Source: an uncultured bacterium
GTDB lineage: Bacteria; Verrucomicrobiota; Verrucomicrobiia; Limisphaerales; UBA8199
Length of the DNA: 64,000 bases
NCBI GenBank assembly: GCA_963749495.1
Contig: CAVVMW010000021.1
Location: 608,001-672,000, forward strand
Direction: 5' to 3'
The first letter of the stretch is position 1. The number at the start of each line of letters is the position of its first letter. A program made the position numbers and the translations under genes. Below, in pieces: positions 52,071-61,044 of the stretch. The notes beneath the pieces were generated by a model. It was not told where the DNA came from. It saw only the letters and a program-made list of their open reading frames with translations, and did not search any database.

Positions 52071-52946
52071 ATGAACGAGCAACTGGCGCCGTGGAATTCA
52101 CTGCTCTTGCTAATCACCGGGGTGGTCTCTTTCCTGGGATTTCAGAACCACCGGATCGAGCAGAGATTCATCTTCGACCCTGAGGCCGTTCTGGCCGGGA
52201 AGGAATATCATCGGCTGGTGAGTTCTGCGTTTTTGCACGCCGGGTGGGAGCACTTGCTGTTGAACCTGATCAGCATCTACGTGTTCGGCAGCTTAATCGA
52301 ATGGCGCTGCGGTCCGAGCCAGTTCCTGCTGATCTACTTCGGGTCGGTGCTCGGCGGCAGCCTGCTCTCACTCTACGTCCACCGGCGCCACGAATACCGT
52401 GCTTACGGCGCCTCCGGAGGGGCGTGCGGCGTCATCTTCGCGGTTATCCTGCTCTTCCCGGGCATCCGCGTGGCTCCGCTCTTCATCAACGCGTTTCTCG
52501 TGCCCGGTTGGGCTTATGCCATCGGCTTCATGCTGTTCTCGTTTTACGGGTTGAGGCGCAATCGGGACAACATCGGCCATGATGCGCACCTTGGCGGGGC
52601 AATCGTCGGCCTGCTGGTCGCCGCCGCGCTTCATCCCCAGGCGGTCCGCGCCAATTGGCCGGTCTTCCTCCTCCTGCTCAGCGGCGCGCTCCTGATCCTG
52701 GTCTATCTCTGGTTCAACTCGCTCATGCTTCCCCTCGCGGCATTCTTGCCGCGCCGCCGCAGCACGAAAGCCCGCCTCCACGAGCACCACCCACAGGCCA
52801 TGGAGGTCAACGCTATCCTCGAGAAAATCGCCGACAAGGGATTCCAGAGCCTGAGCGGTAAAGAACGGGCCCTGCTCGAGGAAGTCTCCGGCAAATACCG
52901 CCGCCGCGAACAGTCCAACAAACCGGATTCCGGCCTGACGATCTGA
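52071..52946 (+). CDS. Rhomboid-family intramembrane serine protease with a short C-terminal domain
   Basis: FLHAGWEHLLLN, GASG and AHLGG motifs; C-terminal ILEKI...G..SLS.KE. Confidence 0.9.
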   Translation: MNEQLAPWNSLLLLITGVVSFLGFQNHRIEQRFIFDPEAVLAGKEYHRLVSSAFLHAGWEHLLLNLISIYVFGSLIEWRCGPSQFLLIYFGSVLGGSLLSLYVHRRHEYRAYGASGGACGVIFAVILLFPGIRVAPLFINAFLVPGWAYAIGFMLFSFYGLRRNRDNIGHDAHLGGAIVGLLVAAALHPQAVRANWPVFLLLLSGALLILVYLWFNSLMLPLAAFLPRRRSTKARLHEHHPQAMEVNAILEKIADKGFQSLSGKERALLEEVSGKYRRREQSNKPDSGLTI

Positions 52947-53074
52947 CGGGGGTGGGACAAAATTCCAGCTTGAATCAACGCGCATGAGCCACGACGAACG
53001 CCGCGGCCCGCCCGGCAATCCGCGCCACCTCGTCCGGCCTGGCCCCCGACAGCCCATGGCCAGCGCCCTCGACC

Positions 53075-53285
53075 GTGACGAACTGGCACCGACCACAACG
53101 ATGCCGCCCATCCGGCCGCCTCTTCGTTTCCTTCGTTTCCTTCTGTTCTGTTCCTGTGCCCAGCCGGTGGGACGCTGGAAAAGAACAGAAGGAAACGAAG
53201 GAAACGAAGAATCGAAGAGCCAGATCATCTCGGGGAGCTGCGATCTGGAGGTCCAACAGTAACCCTGTCTCACACCTCCATAGGG
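53075..53285. repeat. Family D repeat
   Basis: Matches the copies at 51765 and 12180. Confidence 0.85.
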
Positions 53286-53346
53286 GGCGGTCCCCTTTTT
53301 TGGCTGGCATTTCCGCCTGCTGCTCTTAATCCTAATCCCAATCGAA

Positions 53347-53910
53347 ATGAATCGCCTCCTTTCCATCGGCCTGGTGGTCGCGGCCTGTTCGGGTTGCGGC
53401 AAGCAGGCGACAAAGCCGGCCGCGCCGCCGCAACCGGCCGTGACGTTCAAACCCCAGGAGATGGCCGACGCTCTGCACGCCGTAGTTGCCGCCGACCACG
53501 AGGCGCACATCCGGCTGGCCTTGGAGGACTTCCCGCCAGGAGACGAGCACGGTGAGGCTCTCATGGCCGTCCACGCCCAAATGCTGCGCCGTGCCTCCGA
53601 GTCCATCCAGCAGCAAGGAGCGGAATTCCACTATGTCCTGCGCTCGCTCTGGCCAATCAACCCAAGGAACGCCCCGGAAACTCCCACGGAGAGCACCGGC
53701 CTGCGATATGTCCACGACCATCCCGCCGCCAATTATTATGCGGAGGAGTCCCTGGGCGGGCGCCGGTATTTCACGGGCGTCTATCCCGAGGCCGCCCGCG
53801 TGGAGGCCTGCGCCAACTGCCACAATCGGAGCAGCGGCAGTCCAAGAACCGATTTCAAGGCGGGCGAGGTCATGGGCGGCCTTGTCGTGCGCGTGCCGCT
53901 GGAGTTTTAG
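53347..53910 (+). CDS. DUF3365/Tll0287-like c-type heme lipoprotein
   Basis: Lipobox-like Cys; SLWPINPRNAP; CANCH; FK.GEVMGG. Confidence 0.82.
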   Translation: MNRLLSIGLVVAACSGCGKQATKPAAPPQPAVTFKPQEMADALHAVVAADHEAHIRLALEDFPPGDEHGEALMAVHAQMLRRASESIQQQGAEFHYVLRSLWPINPRNAPETPTESTGLRYVHDHPAANYYAEESLGGRRYFTGVYPEAARVEACANCHNRSSGSPRTDFKAGEVMGGLVVRVPLEF

Positions 53911-53918
53911 CAGATGTC

Positions 53919-54383
53919 ATGAACCCCGTTATCGCCGCGCACATTCATCTTCTCCTGAGCCACGCCCCGGTGGCGGCCATTTTTTTTGGATTGGGTTTGC
54001 TGGTCTTGGGCATCTGGGCCTCGAGCCGGGACATTCAGAAGGCCGCGCTGGGCCTGTTTGTCCTGGGGTCGGTTCTGGCCGTTGCGTCCTACCTGACAGG
54101 GGAACCGGCCGCAGGCGCGATCAAAGGACTGCCGGGGTTTTCCGAACGCATCCTCGAACAACACCAGTCCGCGGCGGGGGTGGCGCTGGCGGGTTGCATC
54201 GTGCTCGGGATCGTGGCCTTGGCGGGATTGATTCTCTTCCGGGGCAGGGCCGTCGGCGGCTGGTTCGGCATGTTGTTGGTGGCGGGCGCGCTGCTGGCCG
54301 GCGGCCTGGCCGTGAGGACGGCCAGCCAGGGCGGGCAAATCCGCCATTCGGAAATCCGCCCGTACGACGCCCAGGCCGAATGA
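53919..54383 (+). CDS. DUF2231-like 4-TM membrane protein
   Basis: HIHLLLSH.P, YLTGE, HQ..A and GGQIRHSEIR motifs. Confidence 0.7.
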   Translation: MNPVIAAHIHLLLSHAPVAAIFFGLGLLVLGIWASSRDIQKAALGLFVLGSVLAVASYLTGEPAAGAIKGLPGFSERILEQHQSAAGVALAGCIVLGIVALAGLILFRGRAVGGWFGMLLVAGALLAGGLAVRTASQGGQIRHSEIRPYDAQAE

Positions 54384-54412
54384 CAATGAGTGCAACCGTT
54401 CGAGTGGGGACG

Positions 54413-54540
54413 GGTGGGGCAGACCTCTGGTCTGCCGGTTGGAGGGGCCTCTGGCCCCAAGCCTCGCGGCTGCAAGGGACACGGAGCCGGAGGCTCCGTG
54501 AACCGGCAGACCAGAGGTCTGCCCCACAGTTGAACAGTTA
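54413..54540. repeat. GTGG-type REP doublet (family F)
   Basis: gtggggcagacctctggtctgccggtt...aaccggcagaccagaggtctgccccac; near copy at 58695-58828. Confidence 0.85.
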
Positions 54541-54543
54541 GCC

Positions 54544-55626
54544 ATGAACAACGCGCTGCGGCAACGCTGGGTCAAGTGGGCGGCAGGCCTTGCGGGTTGG
54601 ACGGCGATTGGCCTCTCATCCGCATTCCAATTCTACATTTCGAGCGCCAAGGCCGGCCTGGAGGTCACGTGGGGCCAGGCGGTAAGCTATGCGCTGGGCG
54701 ATTGGTACGTCATTGCCCTGCTGTCCATCCCGGTGGTGCGCCTGGCGGGGCGCTTCCGTTTCGAGGCGGGGAGCCGGATGCACAGCCTGGCGGTCCATGT
54801 CCCGGGCAGCCTGCTCTTTTCGCTCGCCTACATGGTCTTGCGGGCCTGCGTGGGGCGTTGGCAGACCGAGTCGAGTTTCGCCGAGGCCTTTCAGGCCTTG
54901 CTGGTCAAGACCTGGCACTTCAACCTGCTCCTCTACTGGGTGATTGTCGCGGTCAGTTGCGCCTTCAACTATTACCGCAAGTTCCGGGAACGCCAACTGC
55001 GCGCGGCGGAACTGGAAAAGCATCTCGTGCAGGCCAAACTCCAGGCGCTGCGGGTGCAATTGAATCCGCATTTTCTTTTCAACTGCCTCCACTCGATCTC
55101 CGCCCTCATGCACAAGGACGTCGAGGCCGCCGACCGGGTCATCGCCCGCCTGAGCGACCTGCTGCGCGCCTCGCTCGAAAACGCAGACACGCAGGAAATC
55201 CCGCTGCGCGACGAACTGGAGCTGCTTCAACGCTACCTGGAAATCGAGCAAATCCGTTTTGGCAACCGCCTCACCGTGGAAACGGACATCGCGCCGGACA
55301 CGCTGGAGGCCCAGGTGCCGAACCTCATTTTGCAGCCGCTGGTGGAGAATGCGATTCGCCACGGCATTGGGCCCCACGCCAAGGCGGGCCGCGTCGAGTT
55401 GCGGGCGCATCGCGCGGAGGGCCGCCTGACGCTTGACGTGCGGGACAATGGCGGCGGGCTGCGGAGCGACGAACCGGTCAAGGAGGGCGTCGGCTTGTCC
55501 AATACCCGCGCCCGGCTGCGAACGCTCTACGGCGAGGGGCAAGCCCTTGAATTAATCAGCCGGGCTGGAGAGGGGTTGCTGGTCCGGCTGACCATTCCGT
55601 TTCACGTCGCGGGCCAGCCGGCATGA
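54544..55626 (+). CDS. LytS/YehU-type sensor histidine kinase
   Basis: TM region; QLNPHFLFNCLH; LQPLVENAIRHG; GVGLSN. Confidence 0.92.
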   Translation: MNNALRQRWVKWAAGLAGWTAIGLSSAFQFYISSAKAGLEVTWGQAVSYALGDWYVIALLSIPVVRLAGRFRFEAGSRMHSLAVHVPGSLLFSLAYMVLRACVGRWQTESSFAEAFQALLVKTWHFNLLLYWVIVAVSCAFNYYRKFRERQLRAAELEKHLVQAKLQALRVQLNPHFLFNCLHSISALMHKDVEAADRVIARLSDLLRASLENADTQEIPLRDELELLQRYLEIEQIRFGNRLTVETDIAPDTLEAQVPNLILQPLVENAIRHGIGPHAKAGRVELRAHRAEGRLTLDVRDNGGGLRSDEPVKEGVGLSNTRARLRTLYGEGQALELISRAGEGLLVRLTIPFHVAGQPA

Positions 55627-56384
55627 ACAGAATCCGGACCCTCATCGTTGACGACGAATCGCTGGCGCGCGAGCGGCTGCGCCAGTTGCTGCAAGACGAG
55701 CCGAGATCGAACTCGTGGCGGAGTGTTCCGACGGCAGGGAAGCGGCCGCGACGATTGGGAGCAAATCGCCCGAACTGGTCTTTCTGGACGTGCAGATGCC
55801 GGAATTGGATGGCTTCGGCGTCCTGGAATCCATCGAACGCGGCGGCGCCGCCGGTGATTGTGTTCGTCACGGCGCACGACCAGTTCGCGTTGCGCGCCTT
55901 CGAGGTTCACGCCGTGGATTACCTGCTCAAACCATTCGACCGCGAACGGTTCCAAAAGGCGCTGCGCCGCGCCATCGCGCAAGTCAGACAACGCGCCGGC
56001 AGCGCCCTGGCCGAGCGCCAGGCCGCGATGCTCGCCGAGCTGAGCTCGGCCAGACTGCCCGAACGGCTTGCGGTCAAATCGGGCGGGCGCGTCGTCTGGG
56101 TGCGCATGGATGAAATTGACTGGATCGGGTCCGCAGATAATTACGCGGAACTGCACGTTGGCGCCAAATCGCACCTCCTGCGCGAGACCCTGGCCTCGCT
56201 GGAGGGCCGGCTGGCACCGGAGCGATTCGTCCGTATCAGCCGCTCGGTCATCGTCAACGCGCAGCGGATCAAGGAACTCAAGCGGCTCTTTTACGGCGGC
56301 TGCGAACTGACCCTCCAGGACGGAACGAAACTCACCTTGAGCCGCCGCTACCGCGACAAGCTGCGGCAATTGGGGATCGGGTGA
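55623..56384 (+). CDS. LytTR-family response regulator; two compensating frameshifts (~55702, ~55840)
   Basis: IVDDE; alternate frame gives LVFLDVQMPELDG; then FVTAHD, DYLLKP, FVRISRS.IVN. Confidence 0.9.
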   Translation: MNRIRTLIVDDESLARERLRQLLQDEPRSNSWRSVPTAGKRPRRLGANRPNWSFWTCRCRNWMASASWNPSNAAAPPVIVFVTAHDQFALRAFEVHAVDYLLKPFDRERFQKALRRAIAQVRQRAGSALAERQAAMLAELSSARLPERLAVKSGGRVVWVRMDEIDWIGSADNYAELHVGAKSHLLRETLASLEGRLAPERFVRISRSVIVNAQRIKELKRLFYGGCELTLQDGTKLTLSRRYRDKLRQLGIG

Positions 56385-56426
56385 GAAAGGATTGTATTGA
56401 GGACAGGATTCTGCCAGACTCGGCCC

Positions 56427-57744
56427 ATGAACACCTATCTCGAACGCGTCGTCGATCTGCTCGATCCGGCCTTGAATCAAATCCACAACATGAGCGTCGA
56501 GGAGGCGCGCCGGCGCCTGCTCTCGGGCGGAGCGGAGGCGGTGCGGGAGATCAACGGCTCCTTTGCGCTGCTGGCGCGGGAGGGAAAGACGGTGCGCCTG
56601 GCGCGTTCGATGGACCGGCCAGCGCGTTATTTTCTGGCCAAGCGCGCGCAAGGCCCGGCGCTGATTGTGGCGGATCGCATCGACGCCATTTTCAACCAAC
56701 TCAAGGCCGAGGGACTCCAGGGCCAGTTTCACCCGACTTACACGCGCATGGTCCCGGCGCACTATGTCGTGGAGTGCAGCTCATCGGGTGTCCCGATCCC
56801 GAGCCGGTTTACACGCGCTATTTCACACCGCAACGCAATGCGCTGCCGGCCGACCCCGCCGAGATCGGCCGGCGCTATATCGGGGCCCTGGCCGATGAGA
56901 TAGCGAAATGGCTGGGGCGCATCCCCTCAGGCGAGCCCATCGGCGTGGCCTTCTCGGGAGGCGTGGACAGCGGGTCGGTGTTTCTGGTGACCTATCACGT
57001 CATGCGCCAACTGGGCATGAGCCCAGCCGGCTCAAGGCCTTCACGCTGAACCTGGGCGACGGCCCGGACTTCCGGCAGGCGCGTGAGTTCCTGGAACCGC
57101 TGGGCCTGGGGCTTTTTCTCGAGCCTGTCGAGGCCGAGCTGTCGTCGCTCGACCTGGCGGAGACGCTGCGGGTCCTGGAGGATTACAAGCCGCTGGACGT
57201 CGAGTGCGCCTCGATGGGCCTGGCCCTGTGCCGCGGCATCCGCGCGCGCTACCCGCAATGGAACTATCTGGCGGACGGCAACGGCGGCGACGAGAACCTC
57301 AAGGATTACCCGATCGAGGACAATCCCGAGCTGACCCTTGGCAGCGTGGTGAACAACCTGATGCTCTACCAGGAGGGCTGGGGCGTGGGCCGCATCAAGC
57401 ATTCGCTGACTTACAGCGGCGGGTTGAGCCGGAGCTACCTGCGCACTTACGCGCCGGCGCGGCATTTTGGGTTTGCGGGCTTCAGCCCGTTCACGCGCCC
57501 GAATGTGGTCGGCGTGGCCGAAGGCATCCCTTTCGCTGCTCTCACCGGGATGTCCGTGGATCGGCTCTACGCGCTCAAGGGCGAGATTGTCAGGCGCGGT
57601 GTCAAGGCCATCACCGGCCTTGACATGCCGGTGTTCGCCAAGCGCCGCTTCCAGCACGGCGCGGTTTCAGCGGAGCGCCTGCGCCAGAGGCTCTCCGGCA
57701 GGGAAAATGAATACCGGAGACAGTTCCTGGCGATGTTCAACTGA
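56427..57744 (+). CDS. Asparagine-synthase-related PP-loop ATPase; frameshifts near 56777 and 57024
   Basis: Degenerate GATase-like N-part (GSFAL...LARS..RP..Y), then FSGGVDS, DG.GGDE and SPF across three frames. Confidence 0.8.
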
Positions 57745-57770
57745 GCCTGGGAACGCCGGTTGAGCCACGG

Positions 57771-58658
57771 ATGAACACGGACAGGCCACGCGGATGGTCC
57801 GTGGAGGAGGAACGCGCCCAATCCGGGCGGATCGTTCAAAGCGCCACGATCTTGCTCACCAACAAGCAATGTCCGTGGCGTTGCCTGATGTGCGACTTGC
57901 AGCAAAACACAACCCGGCAGACGGTGCCCACCGGCGCGATTCCACGGCAGATCCAGTTCGCGCTGGCGCAACTGGGCGTCGAGCCGGAACAGGTCAAGCT
58001 CTACAACAACGGCAGCTTCTTCGATTCCGCCGCGATTCCGCCGGCGGATTACCGGGACGTTGCCCGCGCGGTTTCCTGCGCCAACCATGTCGTGGTTGAA
58101 TCCCATCCGCGGCTCGTTGGAGAAAAGGCGCTGCGGCTTCGCGACGTGCTTGCCGGCTCGCTGGAGGTGGCAATGGGTTTGGAAACCATCCATCCGCAGG
58201 TCCTGCCGCGATTGAACAAGAGGTCCGGCCTGGAACATTTTTCGCGCGCAACCGAATTTCTGCGGACCAGCGGGATAGCCGTGCGCGCTTTCATCCTCGT
58301 GGGGCCTCCGTTCCTGAACGAGGCCGAAGGACTCGAATGGGCGGTGAAATCCGCCGCGTTCGCCTTCGCGTGCGGCGCGGCAGTGGCGTCGCTCATCCCC
58401 ACACGCGCCGCCAATCGGGCGATGGAGCAATTGATGGCGGCCGGCCAATTCACCCCGCCGCGATTGGCAACCCTGGAGAAGGCCCTGGAACAGAGCCTGG
58501 ACCTGGGCGCGGGACGGGTGTTCGCCGATACGTGGGACTTGGAGGCCTTTTCCGGTTGCGCGTCCTGTTTCGAGCAACGGCGGCAGCGGCTGCGCACGAT
58601 GAATCTCTCGCAAGCCATCCCGCCGCCCGTCCGTTGCCCCGCCTGCGCTCAGGCATGA
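57771..58658 (+). CDS. Radical SAM protein (Elp3/TIGR01210-like)
   Basis: CPWRCLMC; KLYNNGSFFD; VESHP; EVAMGLET; extra C-terminal CASC and CPAC. Confidence 0.85.
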   Translation: MNTDRPRGWSVEEERAQSGRIVQSATILLTNKQCPWRCLMCDLQQNTTRQTVPTGAIPRQIQFALAQLGVEPEQVKLYNNGSFFDSAAIPPADYRDVARAVSCANHVVVESHPRLVGEKALRLRDVLAGSLEVAMGLETIHPQVLPRLNKRSGLEHFSRATEFLRTSGIAVRAFILVGPPFLNEAEGLEWAVKSAAFAFACGAAVASLIPTRAANRAMEQLMAAGQFTPPRLATLEKALEQSLDLGAGRVFADTWDLEAFSGCASCFEQRRQRLRTMNLSQAIPPPVRCPACAQA

Positions 58659-58694
58659 AAGAGGCGGATGGTCCCGGTGCAACTGTTCAGGGGG

Positions 58695-58828
58695 GGCGCG
58701 TGCGGCAGACCTCCGGTCTGCCGGTTGCAGGGGCCTCTGGCCCCGAGCCTCGCAACTGCAAGGGACACGGAGCCGGAGGCTCCGTGAACCGGCAGACCAG
58801 AGGTCTGCCCCACACTTGAACAGTTACA
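58695..58828. repeat. Family F REP doublet
   Basis: Matches 54413-54540, including the tgaacagtta tail. Confidence 0.85.
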
Positions 58829-58837
58829 TCCCGGCTA

Positions 58838-59773
58838 TCACTGCGGTTTCCGCGTTGACCGTTCGGCAACCCAGTACGAATCCACGTTGTTGGGGGATGG
58901 AACGTTCAAGCTCCCCAGGCGGCCTATGGGCGGTGTGGTCCTGCGGTCCCTCCATTTATGAATTTCGGAGTGGCCATCCACAAAGGAAAGGCCTCCGGCG
59001 CCGCCGTGGTAGCTGCCCGGGAAATTGATGAGATACCACGCGGACGGCGTACTGGGCCAACCGTTCATGGAGGTGCACCACTCGCCGTCATTGATGCTGT
59101 CGCATCTCTCGTCGAGGAACACGATGGTCATCGACGGTCCCGGGTGGACCACGTCGGTCATCTTCTTATACTTGGTGTAGCCGCTGTTGCCGGTGAAGCC
59201 GTCACAGTCGCTGCTGTTGAACCAGCTCAGCATCGACATACTCCGCTGTCGCGGATACGTCTGGCCTCCGATCTGTCCGCTCTGGTACTGGCCGGGTGGG
59301 GCGACGCACTGATACTTGCTGTCACCCGGACACCGCCAGATGGCCGTGTTGTTGCCGCAATAGGCAAACAGCCGGCTTTTCTTTACGACGATATCGACAT
59401 TCCAATTGTTCTGGTTCTGCCCATCGGTCACTGCGTTCCCGCTCCAGCTCATTTCGAAATCATACGGAATCCAATCGCTGTTGGCGTACCCCCAGGCGGT
59501 CGGCACCTTGTCATTGTTGTCTTCGCAATAGGTTCGCCAGGCGAGCATCATCTGTTTGCCATTGCTCATGCATTGAATCCCCTGCGCCTTGAGTTTGGCG
59601 CGGGCCAAGGCGGGCAACAACATGGCGGCCAGGATGGCAATGATGGCGATCACCACCAATAATTCGATGAGGGTGAACCCTCGCGGCCCAGGGCACATTG
59701 CAGTGGCTCTTGAGACAGGACTTCTCTCCAGCCCCGAGAGAACGGGTTTCGCACTTGACTGATGATTTTTCAT
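58838..59773 (-). CDS. Prepilin-type cleavage/methylation protein with H-X9-DG motif
   Basis: [51 protein letters not shown]. Paralog of 8517..9377. Confidence 0.92.
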   Translation of the reverse strand: MKNHQSSAKPVLSGLERSPVSRATAMCPGPRGFTLIELLVVIAIIAILAAMLLPALARAKLKAQGIQCMSNGKQMMLAWRTYCEDNNDKVPTAWGYANSDWIPYDFEMSWSGNAVTDGQNQNNWNVDIVVKKSRLFAYCGNNTAIWRCPGDSKYQCVAPPGQYQSGQIGGQTYPRQRSMSMLSWFNSSDCDGFTGNSGYTKYKKMTDVVHPGPSMTIVFLDERCDSINDGEWCTSMNGWPSTPSAWYLINFPGSYHGGAGGLSFVDGHSEIHKWRDRRTTPPIGRLGSLNVPSPNNVDSYWVAERSTRKPQ

Positions 59774-60200
59774 ATCAAACCTCGCGCGTCAGCGAGATTT
59801 TGGTTCTCGCAGGCGCTGCTTGTTTTCCAGCCGGACACCGAGGCACCAACTGCCGCAGACGGTCGGGGTCCTGCGCTGCTACACCCGGAACTAAAGCCGA
59901 GCCTCGGCCAGTTGTCAAGTGGAAGTTGGCCGGGACCAGCCCTTGCAATCTGCTGGATAACGCTGGGTTCAGGCCCGGAAATTGGTTGCGGGGCTGGATT
60001 TGTTCCCCGACACGCGGGAAATATCGCCCATTTTCTCCATTTTCCAAGACAATTCGTTCGTAATCGGTCCTTACCCGAACGGACTCCAGCACGACTTCTC
60101 CTTTGAGTGAATTAAGGATTTTCAGCGGCCGGGATTGCTTGACAGCCTCCCTTGGCTGACGCAGTCTCGGGGTGTTTATGGTCGAGCTCCCTGGGGAATT

Positions 60201-60953
60201 ATGCCCGACGCACATCCGGAACAGGAAAGCCGCACCGAGGGCGTCTCGTGGTTCGTCGCCACCCACTGGACAGTTGTGCTGGCGGCCGGCCAGGCGGAGC
60301 AACCGCGCCGCGCCCAAGCGCTGGAAACACTCTGCCGCACCTATTGGGAGCCGCTCTACGCTTATCTGAGGTACCAGGGGCATTCCCCACCCGACGCGGA
60401 AGACCTGACGCAAGCGTTCCTGCTTCACTTGGTCGAGCGGGGTGTCTTCGAGCAACTCCGCCCAGAGAAGGGCAAGTTCCGGACTTTTCTCCTTAAATCG
60501 CTCCACAACTTTGTGGCCGACGCGCGCGCACGGGCAGGGGCGGCGCGACGCGGCGGCGGGCAGCCGCTGCTGTCCCTGGACGCCGAGGGCGCGGAGCGCC
60601 ATTACGCCGAGGCGGCTGCCGAGGCCCCGAGTGCCGATGCCCTCTTCGACCGCCGCTGGGCGATGACCGTGCTGAACGGCGCCTTCAGGCGGCTGCAAGA
60701 AGAGTTCCTTGCAAAAGACAAGGCGCAGCAGTTGGCCGAGCTGGCGGTGTTCCTGGCCGCCGAGGGCGATGGAGCCCAATACCAAGCCGCCGCTCAGCGC
60801 TTGGGGATGACCTCCGGCGCGGTGTCGGTGGCGGTGAGCCGGCTGCGCGAGCGCTACCGCGCCTGTATTGGCGCGGAAATCGCCCACACAGTTGCCTCCC
60901 TCGCCGAAGTGGACGAGGAGATGCGCTATCTGTTCGACGTGTTGAACCGGTGA
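60201..60953 (+). CDS. ECF-type sigma-70 factor
   Basis: FVATHWTVV, LCRTYW.PLY.Y, DAEDLTQ.F and GKFRTFL motifs; C-terminal HTH. Confidence 0.9.
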   Translation: MPDAHPEQESRTEGVSWFVATHWTVVLAAGQAEQPRRAQALETLCRTYWEPLYAYLRYQGHSPPDAEDLTQAFLLHLVERGVFEQLRPEKGKFRTFLLKSLHNFVADARARAGAARRGGGQPLLSLDAEGAERHYAEAAAEAPSADALFDRRWAMTVLNGAFRRLQEEFLAKDKAQQLAELAVFLAAEGDGAQYQAAAQRLGMTSGAVSVAVSRLRERYRACIGAEIAHTVASLAEVDEEMRYLFDVLNR

Positions 60954-61044
60954 GTCGTGTCCCGTGCTCCCACGGCTTCCAGGTTCCTGTAATCCGCCGC
61001 TCTATTTCCCGTTTTAATCGAAGAACCGACATCGGCCCAAGCCC

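Noticed and set aside
55700..55850. Programmed double frameshift in the LytTR regulator
   Set aside because: Fits the window-wide pattern of small indels and shows no slippery site.
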